DNA of 57,960 bases. Origin: a virus. Taxonomy: Duplodnaviria > Caudoviricetes. The notes beneath the pieces are model-generated. The model was not told the DNA's origin and searched no databases. It was given only the letters and a program-made list of their open reading frames with translations. Shown in pieces: positions 17,756 through 27,747 of this stretch. The DNA is taken from the IMG/VR virus record IMGVR_UViG_3300046751_000386, positions 1-57,960 of that record. One strand, written 5' to 3'. The number at the start of each line of letters is the position of its first letter. Within the stretch, counting starts at the first letter, position 1. Position numbers and translations under genes: made by a program.

Positions 17756-19663
17756 ATGGCAGTTGTTCTTGGAAATCGTGCAAAAATGTCCACCAGCACC
17801 ACGGGCACTGGAACGATTACCTTGGGCAGCGCCCTGTCAGGGTATCAGACCTTTGCACAAGCTGGCATAACTAATGGTCAGACGGTCAGGTACGCGATAG
17901 AAGACGGCACTAACTTCGAGATAGGAAGCGGTGTTTTTACTTCTAGCGGAACAACGCTTACGCGAAATGTTACGGAAAGCTCTAATTCTGACAGTGCTAT
18001 TAGTCTTAGCGGTAGTGCCGAGGTGTTTATTACTGCGTCTGCGGCGGATATATTTGTTAATGATGGGGCTACCTCGTTAACTACGACAGGAACAATTACC
18101 GCTGGCGGCAATGTAGCAATTTCAACGGGTGTTATTGACCTAAAGAACGGTGGATCACAGTCTGTTGTTAAGTTCTATTGCGAGTCAAGCAACGCGCATT
18201 ATGCTGAGATAAAAGCTCCCGCTCACGGATTGTTCAGCGGAAACGTGACATTAACACTTCCCGCGACTACAGATACAATCGCAGGGATTGCCGCAACGCA
18301 GACGTTTACAAACAAGACGCTTACTGCGCCTAAAATTAATGAAGATGTAGCAGTAACCTCAACAGCTACTGAACTTAATATTCTTGATGGGGTTACAACC
18401 ACCACTGCCGAAATTAACCTAATAGATGGTGGTACAGCTAGGGGAACCACAGCGGTAGCAAGCGGTGACGGCATTTTAATTAACGATGCTGGCACCATGC
18501 GTATGACCAACGTAGACACGGTATCTACTTACTTTTCTAGTATTAGCGTAGGCGGCGGTAATATTGTAACTACTGGCGCGTTAAACTCAGGGTCTATTAC
18601 ATCTGGCTTTGGCGCAATAAATAACGGTTCAAGCAACATTACCACAACAGGCGTTGGAACTTTTGGGTCTTTAGACATTAGCGGCAATATAGACATTGAT
18701 GGAACGACCAACCTTGATGCTGTAGATATTGATGGCGCAGTTCAGCTAGATGCTACATTAACGGTAGGCGTTGATGATACGGGATACGATGTAAAGTTCT
18801 TCGGAGATGCGGCTAGTGCGTTTATGCAGTGGGATGCAAGCGCAGACGATTTAATTCTCGGTGGTGCAGCGGGTCTTATTGTTCCTGAAGGTCAGTTCAC
18901 TTTAGGTTCTACCGCAGTTACGTCTACTGCGGCGGAATTAAATTTAGTAGATGGCATATCTGCGGGAACAGTTTCGGCAAGTAAGGCTGTAATTGTAGAC
19001 AGCAACAAAGATTTAACAGGTGGTAGAAATCTTACTATCTCCGGTGAGCTAGACGCGGCTACGTTGGATATTTCTGGCAACGCAGATATTGATGGAACGT
19101 TAGAGACAGACGGGCTTACAGTTGGTGGTGTTGCGGCTAAAGTCGCAGGCAAAGAAAGCATTTATGTTCCTGCCACTGCTATGTATCCCAGCACGACCAA
19201 TCCATGTTCTGATTTAACGCAAGTCGAGACAACGGCTCTTCGCCCTGATCTTAAAGTGTTGGACTTTGCTGATGGTGCCGATGATTTTGCTCAGTTTAGT
19301 GTAGCGTTTCCTAAGAGTTGGAACGAAGGCACTGTTACGTTTCAACCTTTCTGGACGGTAACGGGGACAAATACAGGCACGGTAGCATGGCAATTAGCGG
19401 GTGTGGCGATAACAAGCGATGAAAGCATAAATACAGCTTTTGGTACTCAGGTAGCAACAACGGCGTTGGCCTTTTCTGGTACGTCAAATGATTTGATGGT
19501 AAGCGCAGAAAGTGGTGCAGTAACAATCGCGGGAAGTCCCGCAGCGGCGGATATGTGCTTCTTTCAAATAAACAGGGACATTAGCGCGGATACTCAGACG
19601 GGAGATGCTCGGTTATTGGGTGTTAAATTGTTATTTACGACTGATGCAGCGAACGATGCGTAG
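17756..19663 (+). CDS. Tail fibre protein 1
   Basis: Thr/Gly/Ala-rich; STATELNILDG repeats; C-terminal domain paralogous to 22517..23803. Confidence 0.8.
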   Translation: MAVVLGNRAKMSTSTTGTGTITLGSALSGYQTFAQAGITNGQTVRYAIEDGTNFEIGSGVFTSSGTTLTRNVTESSNSDSAISLSGSAEVFITASAADIFVNDGATSLTTTGTITAGGNVAISTGVIDLKNGGSQSVVKFYCESSNAHYAEIKAPAHGLFSGNVTLTLPATTDTIAGIAATQTFTNKTLTAPKINEDVAVTSTATELNILDGVTTTTAEINLIDGGTARGTTAVASGDGILINDAGTMRMTNVDTVSTYFSSISVGGGNIVTTGALNSGSITSGFGAINNGSSNITTTGVGTFGSLDISGNIDIDGTTNLDAVDIDGAVQLDATLTVGVDDTGYDVKFFGDAASAFMQWDASADDLILGGAAGLIVPEGQFTLGSTAVTSTAAELNLVDGISAGTVSASKAVIVDSNKDLTGGRNLTISGELDAATLDISGNADIDGTLETDGLTVGGVAAKVAGKESIYVPATAMYPSTTNPCSDLTQVETTALRPDLKVLDFADGADDFAQFSVAFPKSWNEGTVTFQPFWTVTGTNTGTVAWQLAGVAITSDESINTAFGTQVATTALAFSGTSNDLMVSAESGAVTIAGSPAAADMCFFQINRDISADTQTGDARLLGVKLLFTTDAANDA

Positions 19664-19671
19664 GGGATAAA

Positions 19672-21687
19672 ATGTCAGGTTTTGGTTATAACGTCTTAGG
19701 TTTTGGGGCCAACGCTTCTAGTGCTGCTGGCGGGGCATCAGACGATCAGTTCAATCGTGTTAGTTTTCTTAGTCATTTTGACGGTGCTAACAACGGTGTA
19801 AACAATGTGTTTGATGATAGCTCTACATCTAACCACACAGTCACGGCTGCTGGCAATGTAACCCAAGGCTCCTTTGGGCCATTTGCTCGGCCAGATGGTG
19901 AATGGGCTGTGTCGTTTGATGGTGGAAGTTATGTAACTAGCAATTATTTGCAAGTAGCTGCAAGTTCTGACTTTGACTTTGGCACTGGTGATTTTACTGT
20001 TGAGCTATTCTTTTTTAATAGGGCATATGGGGCATATTATGACTATTTAGTTACGTTTGGGAATGATGTTGGTGCAACAACTTCTTTTGGAATATATCTT
20101 GACAATGGAACAAACATTAATTTGTGGAACAATGGAGCAATAGCTAGTTCAACGTCCTACAATAAAAATCAGTGGTATCATCTAGCAGTTGTTAGAGCCT
20201 CTGGTACAGTTAAAGTTTATTTAGACGGCAGTGAAATAAAGTCAGCTAGTCTTTCAAGTGATATATCAAGCCCCGGAGGAATGAATGTTGCGAATTGGCG
20301 ATTATCTGGTGATGGTCAATATTTTAATGGGATAATTAGCAACCTAAGAGTAGTCAAAGGAACAGCAGTTTATACAGGAAACTTCACTGCACCTACAAGC
20401 AAACTGACTGCTATTACAAATACTGTTTTACTAACCTGTCAATCAAACAGGTTTGTTGATAACTCTGCAACAGGCCACACTGTAACACCGTATGTAATAC
20501 CAGCCGTAACATCATTTGGCCCATTCCTGTCCAGCGCAGTGTATGACCCTGCGATAAACGGCGCATCTGCTTACTTTGATGGGACAGCCGATGCTCTAAG
20601 TATTGCTGCTTCGCCTATTTCTGCGTCTGGAAACTTTACTTTAGAGGGTTGGGTATACCCTAATACTACATCAGAATCCGGGGTTGTTGGACAATATCAA
20701 GGCCGTAGTACGGGCCGCATGATAATCACTACAAATGCTGGACTGTTAATATTTTTTCAAAACGGTGTAACGGGAGGTCAGGCTACGGTAGCCCCGAAGC
20801 AGTGGGCGCATTTTGTTTTGCAGAGAACAGGCAGCAACATAGCTTTTTATGTAAACGGTACAAGAATACTGAATAATTCTGCTGGTAATATAGCACAAGA
20901 TTATCTTGTAATTGGGACAGAAGATGTAAACTCAGGCAATTACCCAAATACTATGGACGGCTATATTTCAAACATTCGTATTACATCGTCAGCAGTGTAT
21001 TCTGAGGGTACATCTATAACTGTTCCAACCGCACCGTATTCAACGGTTACGAATACAAACTTCCTGCTCAACATGGCAGATGGACAGGCGATTGACAGTG
21101 CTGCTCAAAATAATCTGAACTTGTTTGGCACAGCCAAAACTAGCACGGCACAATATAAGTTTGGCACTGCGTCTTTGCTTTTGGATGGTAACAGTGACTA
21201 TGCAACATTCCCAGAAAATGGGGCAAACGACATTGATGGTGGAGGTAACTGGACTGTTGAGTTTTTTTGGAGGTTCGTAAATAAAACGTCACCAGCATAT
21301 CAAGAACTTATAACTAAAGGCAACGGCTTTCAAATATATACAAGTAGCGGGTCGTTATCTTTAGCTTTATCATCTAATAATTCAAGTTATGATATAGCCA
21401 ATGCTACAGGTGGTACAACATTGGATAATGACGTTTGGTATCATCTTGCCTTGGTAAAAAATGGAACCTCTTACAAATTATATTTGAACGGCACTAGTGA
21501 TTTATCCGTTACATCCTCTTCAAACTTAGATACGGGTGGTTTTCCTTGGTTTCTAGGCACTCTCAGAACTGCTGAAACTACTTACCCTTCCAACGGATAT
21601 ATGGATGAAGTTCGTATAAGCAAGTTTGCTCGTTATACAAGCAATTTCACAGCACCGACAGAACCATTTGCAGATAAAGGACAATAG
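19672..21687 (+). CDS. LamG/concanavalin-A-like lectin domain protein (receptor-binding candidate)
   Basis: Three repeats of FT[VL]E..., W[YA]H[LF]..V[RK]....YL[DN]G, G.ISN.R / GYMDEVRI. Confidence 0.85.
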   Translation: MSGFGYNVLGFGANASSAAGGASDDQFNRVSFLSHFDGANNGVNNVFDDSSTSNHTVTAAGNVTQGSFGPFARPDGEWAVSFDGGSYVTSNYLQVAASSDFDFGTGDFTVELFFFNRAYGAYYDYLVTFGNDVGATTSFGIYLDNGTNINLWNNGAIASSTSYNKNQWYHLAVVRASGTVKVYLDGSEIKSASLSSDISSPGGMNVANWRLSGDGQYFNGIISNLRVVKGTAVYTGNFTAPTSKLTAITNTVLLTCQSNRFVDNSATGHTVTPYVIPAVTSFGPFLSSAVYDPAINGASAYFDGTADALSIAASPISASGNFTLEGWVYPNTTSESGVVGQYQGRSTGRMIITTNAGLLIFFQNGVTGGQATVAPKQWAHFVLQRTGSNIAFYVNGTRILNNSAGNIAQDYLVIGTEDVNSGNYPNTMDGYISNIRITSSAVYSEGTSITVPTAPYSTVTNTNFLLNMADGQAIDSAAQNNLNLFGTAKTSTAQYKFGTASLLLDGNSDYATFPENGANDIDGGGNWTVEFFWRFVNKTSPAYQELITKGNGFQIYTSSGSLSLALSSNNSSYDIANATGGTTLDNDVWYHLALVKNGTSYKLYLNGTSDLSVTSSSNLDTGGFPWFLGTLRTAETTYPSNGYMDEVRISKFARYTSNFTAPTEPFADKGQ

Positions 21688-21689
21688 AC

Positions 21690-22178
21690 ATGATGATAGC
21701 ACAATTAAGTGGCAGTACGATTGTTGCGGTTGGGGATCACACTGCGTTGTTTCCAAATACACGTTTTTACAAAGGTGGCCCAGACTCAACGTGGATGGCT
21801 AATCACTCCTGCGTAGATGTAGTGAAGTATTTAGCTTATGACCATGCCACGCAGAAGAGCGAAGTTGTTACGCCATACTTACAAGATGGCAAGGTGTACA
21901 CGCGCCGTGTTGTAAACATGACCGACAGCGAAAAGACTGCTTATGTTGCAAGTCAAAACGCAGCGGCAGCGCAGCGCAATCGTGATGAGCGCAATAGGCG
22001 GTTGGCTAATTGTGATTGGGTAGTGACCAAGGCATTAGAAGCAGGTGGTTCTGTACCGTCTGCTTGGTCAACGTATCGCACCGCCCTGCGAGATATTACC
22101 ACACACGCCAACTGGCCCAACCTAACAGGGCCAAATATGGACGGTAGCGGGGGCGATTGGCCCACAGAGCCTAGCTAA
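21690..22178 (+). CDS. Tail fibre assembly chaperone-like protein
   Basis: RNRRLANCDW...W.TYRTALRDIT...WP motif. Confidence 0.8.
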   Translation: MMIAQLSGSTIVAVGDHTALFPNTRFYKGGPDSTWMANHSCVDVVKYLAYDHATQKSEVVTPYLQDGKVYTRRVVNMTDSEKTAYVASQNAAAAQRNRDERNRRLANCDWVVTKALEAGGSVPSAWSTYRTALRDITTHANWPNLTGPNMDGSGGDWPTEPS

Positions 22179-22507
22179 TGTTAGGGTTTGCCCCACTAGC
22201 TAATAACTCCATAGCGGGGTTTGGCAATATTCCTGTAGATACCGCTGTAACGGGCGTGGCAGGAACAGGGGCTGTTGGAACTGTTGCAGTTGGCGCGGTA
22301 GTTACGGTTACGGGACCATCTGCGGGAACGGCCTCTGTTGGTACAGCCACTTCGGTTGGTGACGCTAATGCTAACGTGACAGGTCTTTCGGCTACGGGTT
22401 CAGTTGGATCAGTTCTTGTTTGGGGTGAAATCACACCCTCGCAAAATTCAAACTTCTCTGCTATAACTCCCTCACAAACACCGTCTTGGACGGACATTGC
22501 GGCATAG
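22178..22507 (+). CDS. Small virion protein with G[SA]VG repeats
   Basis: Gly/Val/Thr repeats; coupled ORF. Confidence 0.65.
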   Translation: MLGFAPLANNSIAGFGNIPVDTAVTGVAGTGAVGTVAVGAVVTVTGPSAGTASVGTATSVGDANANVTGLSATGSVGSVLVWGEITPSQNSNFSAITPSQTPSWTDIAA

Positions 22508-22516
22508 GATAATGAC

Positions 22517-23803
22517 ATGGCTAGTACATATGTAAACGATCTAAGGCTAGAAGAGATTGGTACTGGCGAAGCGTCTGGTACGTGGGGAACTAAAACAAAC
22601 GTAAATTTAGAACTTATTGGAGAAGCGTTTTCCTACGGCTCTGAAGCTATAGCAAATGCGTCTACACACACTATTACAATGGCTGACGGCACCTCAGATC
22701 AAGCCCGTTCATTCTACCTTAAATGCACTGGTGGTGGTCAAGCCTGTACGGTCACACTGGCACCTAACACTGTGTCTAAGGTTTGGATGATTGAAAACGC
22801 TACCAGCGCAACGCTAACTTTTTTTCAAGGATCAGGGGCCAACGTTGCAGTAGCCGCTGGCGAAGTTAAGATGATTGCAACGGATGGTCAGGGTTCAGGG
22901 GCCGTTGTTTATGATTTGTTGACAGACGTTAACTTGGCGGGAACCACGGCTCTTGCAACTTTAAAGCTCGGTGGCACAACGGTTACTTCCACCGCTGCGG
23001 AACTAAACATATTAGATGGAGTTACGTCCACCGCTGCGGAGTTAAACATATTAGACGGTGTGACAGCTACTGCGGCAGAGCTAAACTATAACGACACAGG
23101 CGCGGCTGTTGGTACGGTTGTAGCGAGTAAAACTGTAACGGCAGACGCTAATAAGGATGTTGCAAGCCTGCGTAATCTTACGCTTACAGGCGAGTTAGAT
23201 GCCGCTACACTAGATATATCAGGCAATGCTGATATTGACGGCACGTTAGAAGCAGACGTTTTAACGGTTGATGGCGTTGCTGCTAAAGTGGCAGGTTTAG
23301 AAACCATATATGTGCCTGCAACAGCAATGTACCCTAACACCACTAGCGGCTGTGCTGACATAGCTCAAGTTGAATTAAGCAATGGTCCTGAATTAAAGTG
23401 CTTGGACTTTGATCCAAGTTCCGATGAGAATGCTCAGTTTACCGTGTGCTTTCCCAAGTCTTGGAATGAGGGAACCATTACGTTTCAAGCATTTTGGACA
23501 GTCACGGGAACGGATAACGGCACTGTAGCTTGGGGCTTGTCTGGTGTAAGTGTAGCTGACGATGCTTCTATAAACGCTTCTTTTGGAACTAACGTGGTAG
23601 CTACGGCAAAAGCATTTAGCGGAACGTCCAACGACATGACTGTTTCTGCGGTAAGCGGCCCCGTTACTGTAGCCAGTGCTGCGGTAGATACGCAGACATA
23701 CTTTCAAATTATGCGGGACGTTTCTGCGGATAGTCAGGCAGGAGATGCTAGACTTTTAGGAGTAAAACTTTTCTTTACTACAGATGCAAAGAATGATGCC
23801 TAA
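22517..23803 (+). CDS. Tail fibre protein 2
   Basis: MASTY...GTWGTKTN N-terminal anchor; TAAELN repeats; C-terminal domain shared with fibre 1. Confidence 0.8.
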   Translation: MASTYVNDLRLEEIGTGEASGTWGTKTNVNLELIGEAFSYGSEAIANASTHTITMADGTSDQARSFYLKCTGGGQACTVTLAPNTVSKVWMIENATSATLTFFQGSGANVAVAAGEVKMIATDGQGSGAVVYDLLTDVNLAGTTALATLKLGGTTVTSTAAELNILDGVTSTAAELNILDGVTATAAELNYNDTGAAVGTVVASKTVTADANKDVASLRNLTLTGELDAATLDISGNADIDGTLEADVLTVDGVAAKVAGLETIYVPATAMYPNTTSGCADIAQVELSNGPELKCLDFDPSSDENAQFTVCFPKSWNEGTITFQAFWTVTGTDNGTVAWGLSGVSVADDASINASFGTNVVATAKAFSGTSNDMTVSAVSGPVTVASAAVDTQTYFQIMRDVSADSQAGDARLLGVKLFFTTDAKNDA

Positions 23804-25920
23804 TGCCCTTAACAAAGTTACAGTTTAAGCCCGGAATAAACAGGGAAACCACTTCGTACAGTAACGAAGGTGGTTGGTTTGATGGCGATAAAATACGATT
23901 TCGCATGGGTTTTCCTGAAAAGATAGGCGGTTGGATAAAGAACTCTGGCAGTGCTTTTTTAGGCACTTGTCGTGCGCTTCATGCTTGGGTGGCTTTGTCT
24001 GGTGAAAAATACATAGGCGTTGGAACAACCTTAAAGTATTATATAAGTGAAGGCGGAACATACCACGATATAACACCTCTTAGAGTTGCATCGTCCTCCG
24101 TTACCTTTGCGGGGGGAGCCGATACGTTAAATGGAGCCATTACAGACTCGGCACAATCTATAACGTTAAACAGTGCCAGTGGATTTCCTACAGGTGGTGG
24201 TCGCATTTTGATTGGCTCAGAACAAATAACGTATGGCGGAGTTAGCAGTGCGACTTTGACAGGATGTGAACGCGGGGTTAACGGAACGACTGCGGCGGCT
24301 CATTCTGACAGTGCCTCGGTAACATGTTGCACAATTTCTGTAACAGATGCGGACAATCATGGTGCTTTAGAAAATGACTTTGTAACTTTTACAAATGCAG
24401 CAAGTCTTGGTGGGGTGATAACTGCAAACGTTTTAAACCAAGAGTATCAAGTAACGCATGTTGTAAGTGCTACCGTCTTTCAAATTGAGGCTAGGTCTGT
24501 TGCATCTATTGAAAGCATTACTACAACCTCTGGATTAAACCCTACTTTTGTTTTTGCTAACACCAGCGATACAGGAAATGGTGGTGGGTCATCAGTTGGA
24601 GCGTATCAAGTCAACACGGGATTAGACACCTCTGTTGGTGGTACGGGCTGGGGCGCAGGAACATGGGGTCGTGGAACATGGGACTCAGCGTCAACACTTT
24701 CGGCGGGGGGTTCTACCTTGCGTATTTGGAGCCACGATAACTTTGGCGAAGACCTGTTAATAAACGTTCGTGACGAAGGTATATTTTATTGGGACAAGAC
24801 AAACGGCCTTACAACACGGGCGGTATCTCTTGCCAGTTTAGGTGTAGCGACGGATAACATACCGACTATTGCAAAACAGGTATTAGTTTCAGACAAGGAC
24901 AGGCACATTATAGCCTTTGGTTGTGACCCAGAAACGGCAATAGGCACACAAGACCCTTTGCTTATTCGTTTTGGCAGTCAAGAAAGCCTAACAGATTGGT
25001 CGGCAAAAGCTACTAATACAGCGGGGGATTTGCGCATTGGTTCCGGTTCCGAGATTATAACCGCTGTAGAAACCAGACAACAGATTCTGGTATTTACAGA
25101 TGTGTCTTTACACGCCATGCAGTTTCTTGGACCGCCGTTTACGTTTGGTATAAACACGGTTTCTGAAAACATTACTACGGCTGGGCCTTTGTGCGCTATT
25201 GCGGTAAATGACAACGTATTTTGGATGGGTCGCGAAGAGTTTTATGTTTATGCAGGTGCCGTAAACAAACTGCCTTGCACCGTTAAAGACTACGTTTTTT
25301 CGGACTTTAACCAAAATCAAATTGAAAAAGTTATCGCAGCAAATAACAGTTCGTTTTCAGAAATATGGTGGTTTTATCCGTCTGCAAGTAGTGAAGAAAA
25401 TGACAGGTATGTTATTTTTAATTACGAGCAACAAATTTGGTATTACGGTAATTTGGGCCGCACAGCGTGGATGGATCGTGGGGTAGATGAGTTGCCTATA
25501 GCCGCGGGTTCAGATCATTATTTGTATGACCACGAAAGCGGTTTAGATGACGGTAGCACCGCACCAGCTAGCGCCCTAGCTGCAAACATAGAAAGCAGTC
25601 AGATAGACTTAGGTGACGGGGATCAGTTTGCTTTCTTGTCAAGAATTATACCAGACATTACGTTCCGCGATTCTACTGCCAACACGCCTACCGCTACGTT
25701 TACTTTGGGTGTTAGAAACTTTCCGGGTGGTAAATACTTACATACCGACGAAGATGTAGTATCAAAAACTGCCTCAACGCCTGTTGAGCAGTTTACCAAA
25801 GAAGTGCGAACGCGGTTACGTGGGCGGTCGTTTAACCTAAAGGTTGAAAGCACTGCGACAGAAACTACTTGGCGTTTGGGCACTCCCAGAGTCGAAGTTA
25901 GACCCGACGGCAGACGCTAA
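23803..25920 (+). CDS. Tail nozzle / tail tubular protein B-like (DNA stabilisation) protein
   Basis: 705 aa with beta-propeller-like character; position just before the internal virion proteins. Confidence 0.7.
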   Translation: MPLTKLQFKPGINRETTSYSNEGGWFDGDKIRFRMGFPEKIGGWIKNSGSAFLGTCRALHAWVALSGEKYIGVGTTLKYYISEGGTYHDITPLRVASSSVTFAGGADTLNGAITDSAQSITLNSASGFPTGGGRILIGSEQITYGGVSSATLTGCERGVNGTTAAAHSDSASVTCCTISVTDADNHGALENDFVTFTNAASLGGVITANVLNQEYQVTHVVSATVFQIEARSVASIESITTTSGLNPTFVFANTSDTGNGGGSSVGAYQVNTGLDTSVGGTGWGAGTWGRGTWDSASTLSAGGSTLRIWSHDNFGEDLLINVRDEGIFYWDKTNGLTTRAVSLASLGVATDNIPTIAKQVLVSDKDRHIIAFGCDPETAIGTQDPLLIRFGSQESLTDWSAKATNTAGDLRIGSGSEIITAVETRQQILVFTDVSLHAMQFLGPPFTFGINTVSENITTAGPLCAIAVNDNVFWMGREEFYVYAGAVNKLPCTVKDYVFSDFNQNQIEKVIAANNSSFSEIWWFYPSASSEENDRYVIFNYEQQIWYYGNLGRTAWMDRGVDELPIAAGSDHYLYDHESGLDDGSTAPASALAANIESSQIDLGDGDQFAFLSRIIPDITFRDSTANTPTATFTLGVRNFPGGKYLHTDEDVVSKTASTPVEQFTKEVRTRLRGRSFNLKVESTATETTWRLGTPRVEVRPDGRR

Positions 25921-26231
25921 TGTCTAGGAATTTAGTTCGCCCGTTCTTTCCGATTCCGCCGCAGGAGTACGATCAGACATACTTTGATGAGGTAATTCGG
26001 TCCTTCGCGGTGTATCTGGATCAAATGCAGAACCCCGGAGAAGGCAGGCATACGGCGTTAGTTTTGACCAATTTACAGACGGACGATCAGGGCTTAGAAG
26101 TAGGTAGCTTGTATCAAGGGGCTAACTCTGATGGCTTAATGGGCTATGTTAAGATAACCCTAGCGGACATAAGTAGTTTGCGCGGCAACTCGGTTACAGG
26201 TTCAGTGGGTGCGGTTACGGTGACAACATGA
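25920..26231 (+). CDS. Small virion protein
   Basis: Coupled ORF; C-terminus GSVGAVTVTT. Confidence 0.7.
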   Translation: MSRNLVRPFFPIPPQEYDQTYFDEVIRSFAVYLDQMQNPGEGRHTALVLTNLQTDDQGLEVGSLYQGANSDGLMGYVKITLADISSLRGNSVTGSVGAVTVTT

Positions 26232-26286
26232 TAAATACATGGAAAAGTTTTAGACGGTCTGATACAGTCCAGATCAAAGGGGCGAT

Positions 26287-27747
26287 GTGATGCAAGAACA
26301 GATGTATTTTCCCGAAGGTGGCGTTGGGTCTTTCTTAACCTCTAACATGGATGAAATGCCTGACAACGTGCTTGCGTTTGGTCAGCCTCGCGGCATTAAC
26401 TCTATGGGCGACGTAGCAAACCGCATGGCTCAGATGGGTCGTAACGGCGATACGGAACTGGCTCACTTACGGCGCGACGAAGTTGTTATGACTGAAGACA
26501 TGGCCCGCGATCCGCGGATCAGGAACGCTGTGGCGGAGGTTTTTAGTGACAATGATATGGACATGGCGCGTTACACGGTTGGCAACGCGGCTAACTCTGT
26601 AAACCCGTACACTGGTAACAGAGAGTTCTTTTTGAAGAAGATCATTAGCGGCGTTAAGAAGATCGTTAAGATGGCTGCGCCTGTCGTTATACCCCTTGCG
26701 CTTAACTTTGTTACGGGTGGCGCGTATGGCGCACTTTCAATGGTAGCGCAGGGCGCTATTTCTGGCGGAATTACTTCTTTAGTTCAAGGCGGCAATTTAA
26801 AAGACGCCTTGAAGGGCGCGGCAATAGGCGGCTTTGCGGGCGGACTTTCTGCGGGTGTTCAAGGGTTTCAAGGTGCTGAGGGCACCTTTGGGCAAAGGTT
26901 TGGCAAAGGTGTTGAGAGTTTTAAAGGCAGTGTCATGGACACCTTTAGAAAGCCTGACGCAGGGTTCATTCTTGGTGAAAGTGCTAAAAAGTTTTCTACG
27001 CCTTCGGGAGCAGAAGAAAGAATGAGTACGCTTAGTGCAACCGGAGAACAAAGTGGTGCAAACGCTAGAATAGGTGAAAAATTACCCCTTGAGATGGGTA
27101 AAGAAGTTGGACCTGCTCTTCCAAAGGACATTAAACTGGCGGATTATACGACAGACGGTTCTTTTTATAAGAACCCTGAAATAACGCTTGATGCGGCTCG
27201 TAAGTATCTAACCGCCTCTGGTACGCCTGTAAACGAGGGAACGCTTAAAATGGTTATGGATCAGGCGTCTGGTGGCTACAAAATTCTACCAACAGTCGGC
27301 ACTGCTCTCGGCATAGGCGCGTTAGCTGGTGGCTTTAAACAAATACCCGCGGAGAAATTAGAAGACCCTTACGATCAGGAATCGCCGTCCCAAAAACTCT
27401 TGGAAGCAAACCCTGAGAAGTATCGCACAGGTGTAGTGGGTGCCCCGTCTTACCGCACTCTGTACGATGTAATGGTGCCCACGGTCCGTCCGCCGATTTA
27501 TGAGCCCCTCGTTGAGCCCATACAAACCGCGGCCCGCGGCGGCGAAATGGAGAACTTCCCACGCAAAACAGGTTATATAAGTGGCCCCGGAACCGAGACT
27601 TCCGACAGCATCCCAGCGATGCTTTCTGACGGTGAGTTTGTAATGAACGCCAAGGCCGTCCGCGGAGCGGGTGGCGGTAGCAGGGAGCGCGGCGTTAGAA
27701 AGATGTACGATATGATGAGAGCTTTTGAAGGGGGTGCCGTAGCATGA
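26287..27747 (+). CDS. Internal virion/ejection protein
   Basis: GRNGDTELAH domain, Gly-rich hydrophobic segments, C-terminal GPGTETSDSIPAMLSDGEFV motif. Confidence 0.7.
   Translation: MMQEQMYFPEGGVGSFLTSNMDEMPDNVLAFGQPRGINSMGDVANRMAQMGRNGDTELAHLRRDEVVMTEDMARDPRIRNAVAEVFSDNDMDMARYTVGNAANSVNPYTGNREFFLKKIISGVKKIVKMAAPVVIPLALNFVTGGAYGALSMVAQGAISGGITSLVQGGNLKDALKGAAIGGFAGGLSAGVQGFQGAEGTFGQRFGKGVESFKGSVMDTFRKPDAGFILGESAKKFSTPSGAEERMSTLSATGEQSGANARIGEKLPLEMGKEVGPALPKDIKLADYTTDGSFYKNPEITLDAARKYLTASGTPVNEGTLKMVMDQASGGYKILPTVGTALGIGALAGGFKQIPAEKLEDPYDQESPSQKLLEANPEKYRTGVVGAPSYRTLYDVMVPTVRPPIYEPLVEPIQTAARGGEMENFPRKTGYISGPGTETSDSIPAMLSDGEFVMNAKAVRGAGGGSRERGVRKMYDMMRAFEGGAVA

Noticed and set aside
17756-23803. 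Diversity-generating retroelement or invertible fibre cassette
   Set aside because: No reverse transcriptase or invertase gene; differences between the repeats are mostly synonymous rather than adenine-specific, and the copies are direct
27528-27541. CGCGGCC-CGCGGCG here and at 36820 as members of the heptamer DNA motif
   Set aside because: Explained by the encoded AARGG peptide motif, so not counted as independent evidence
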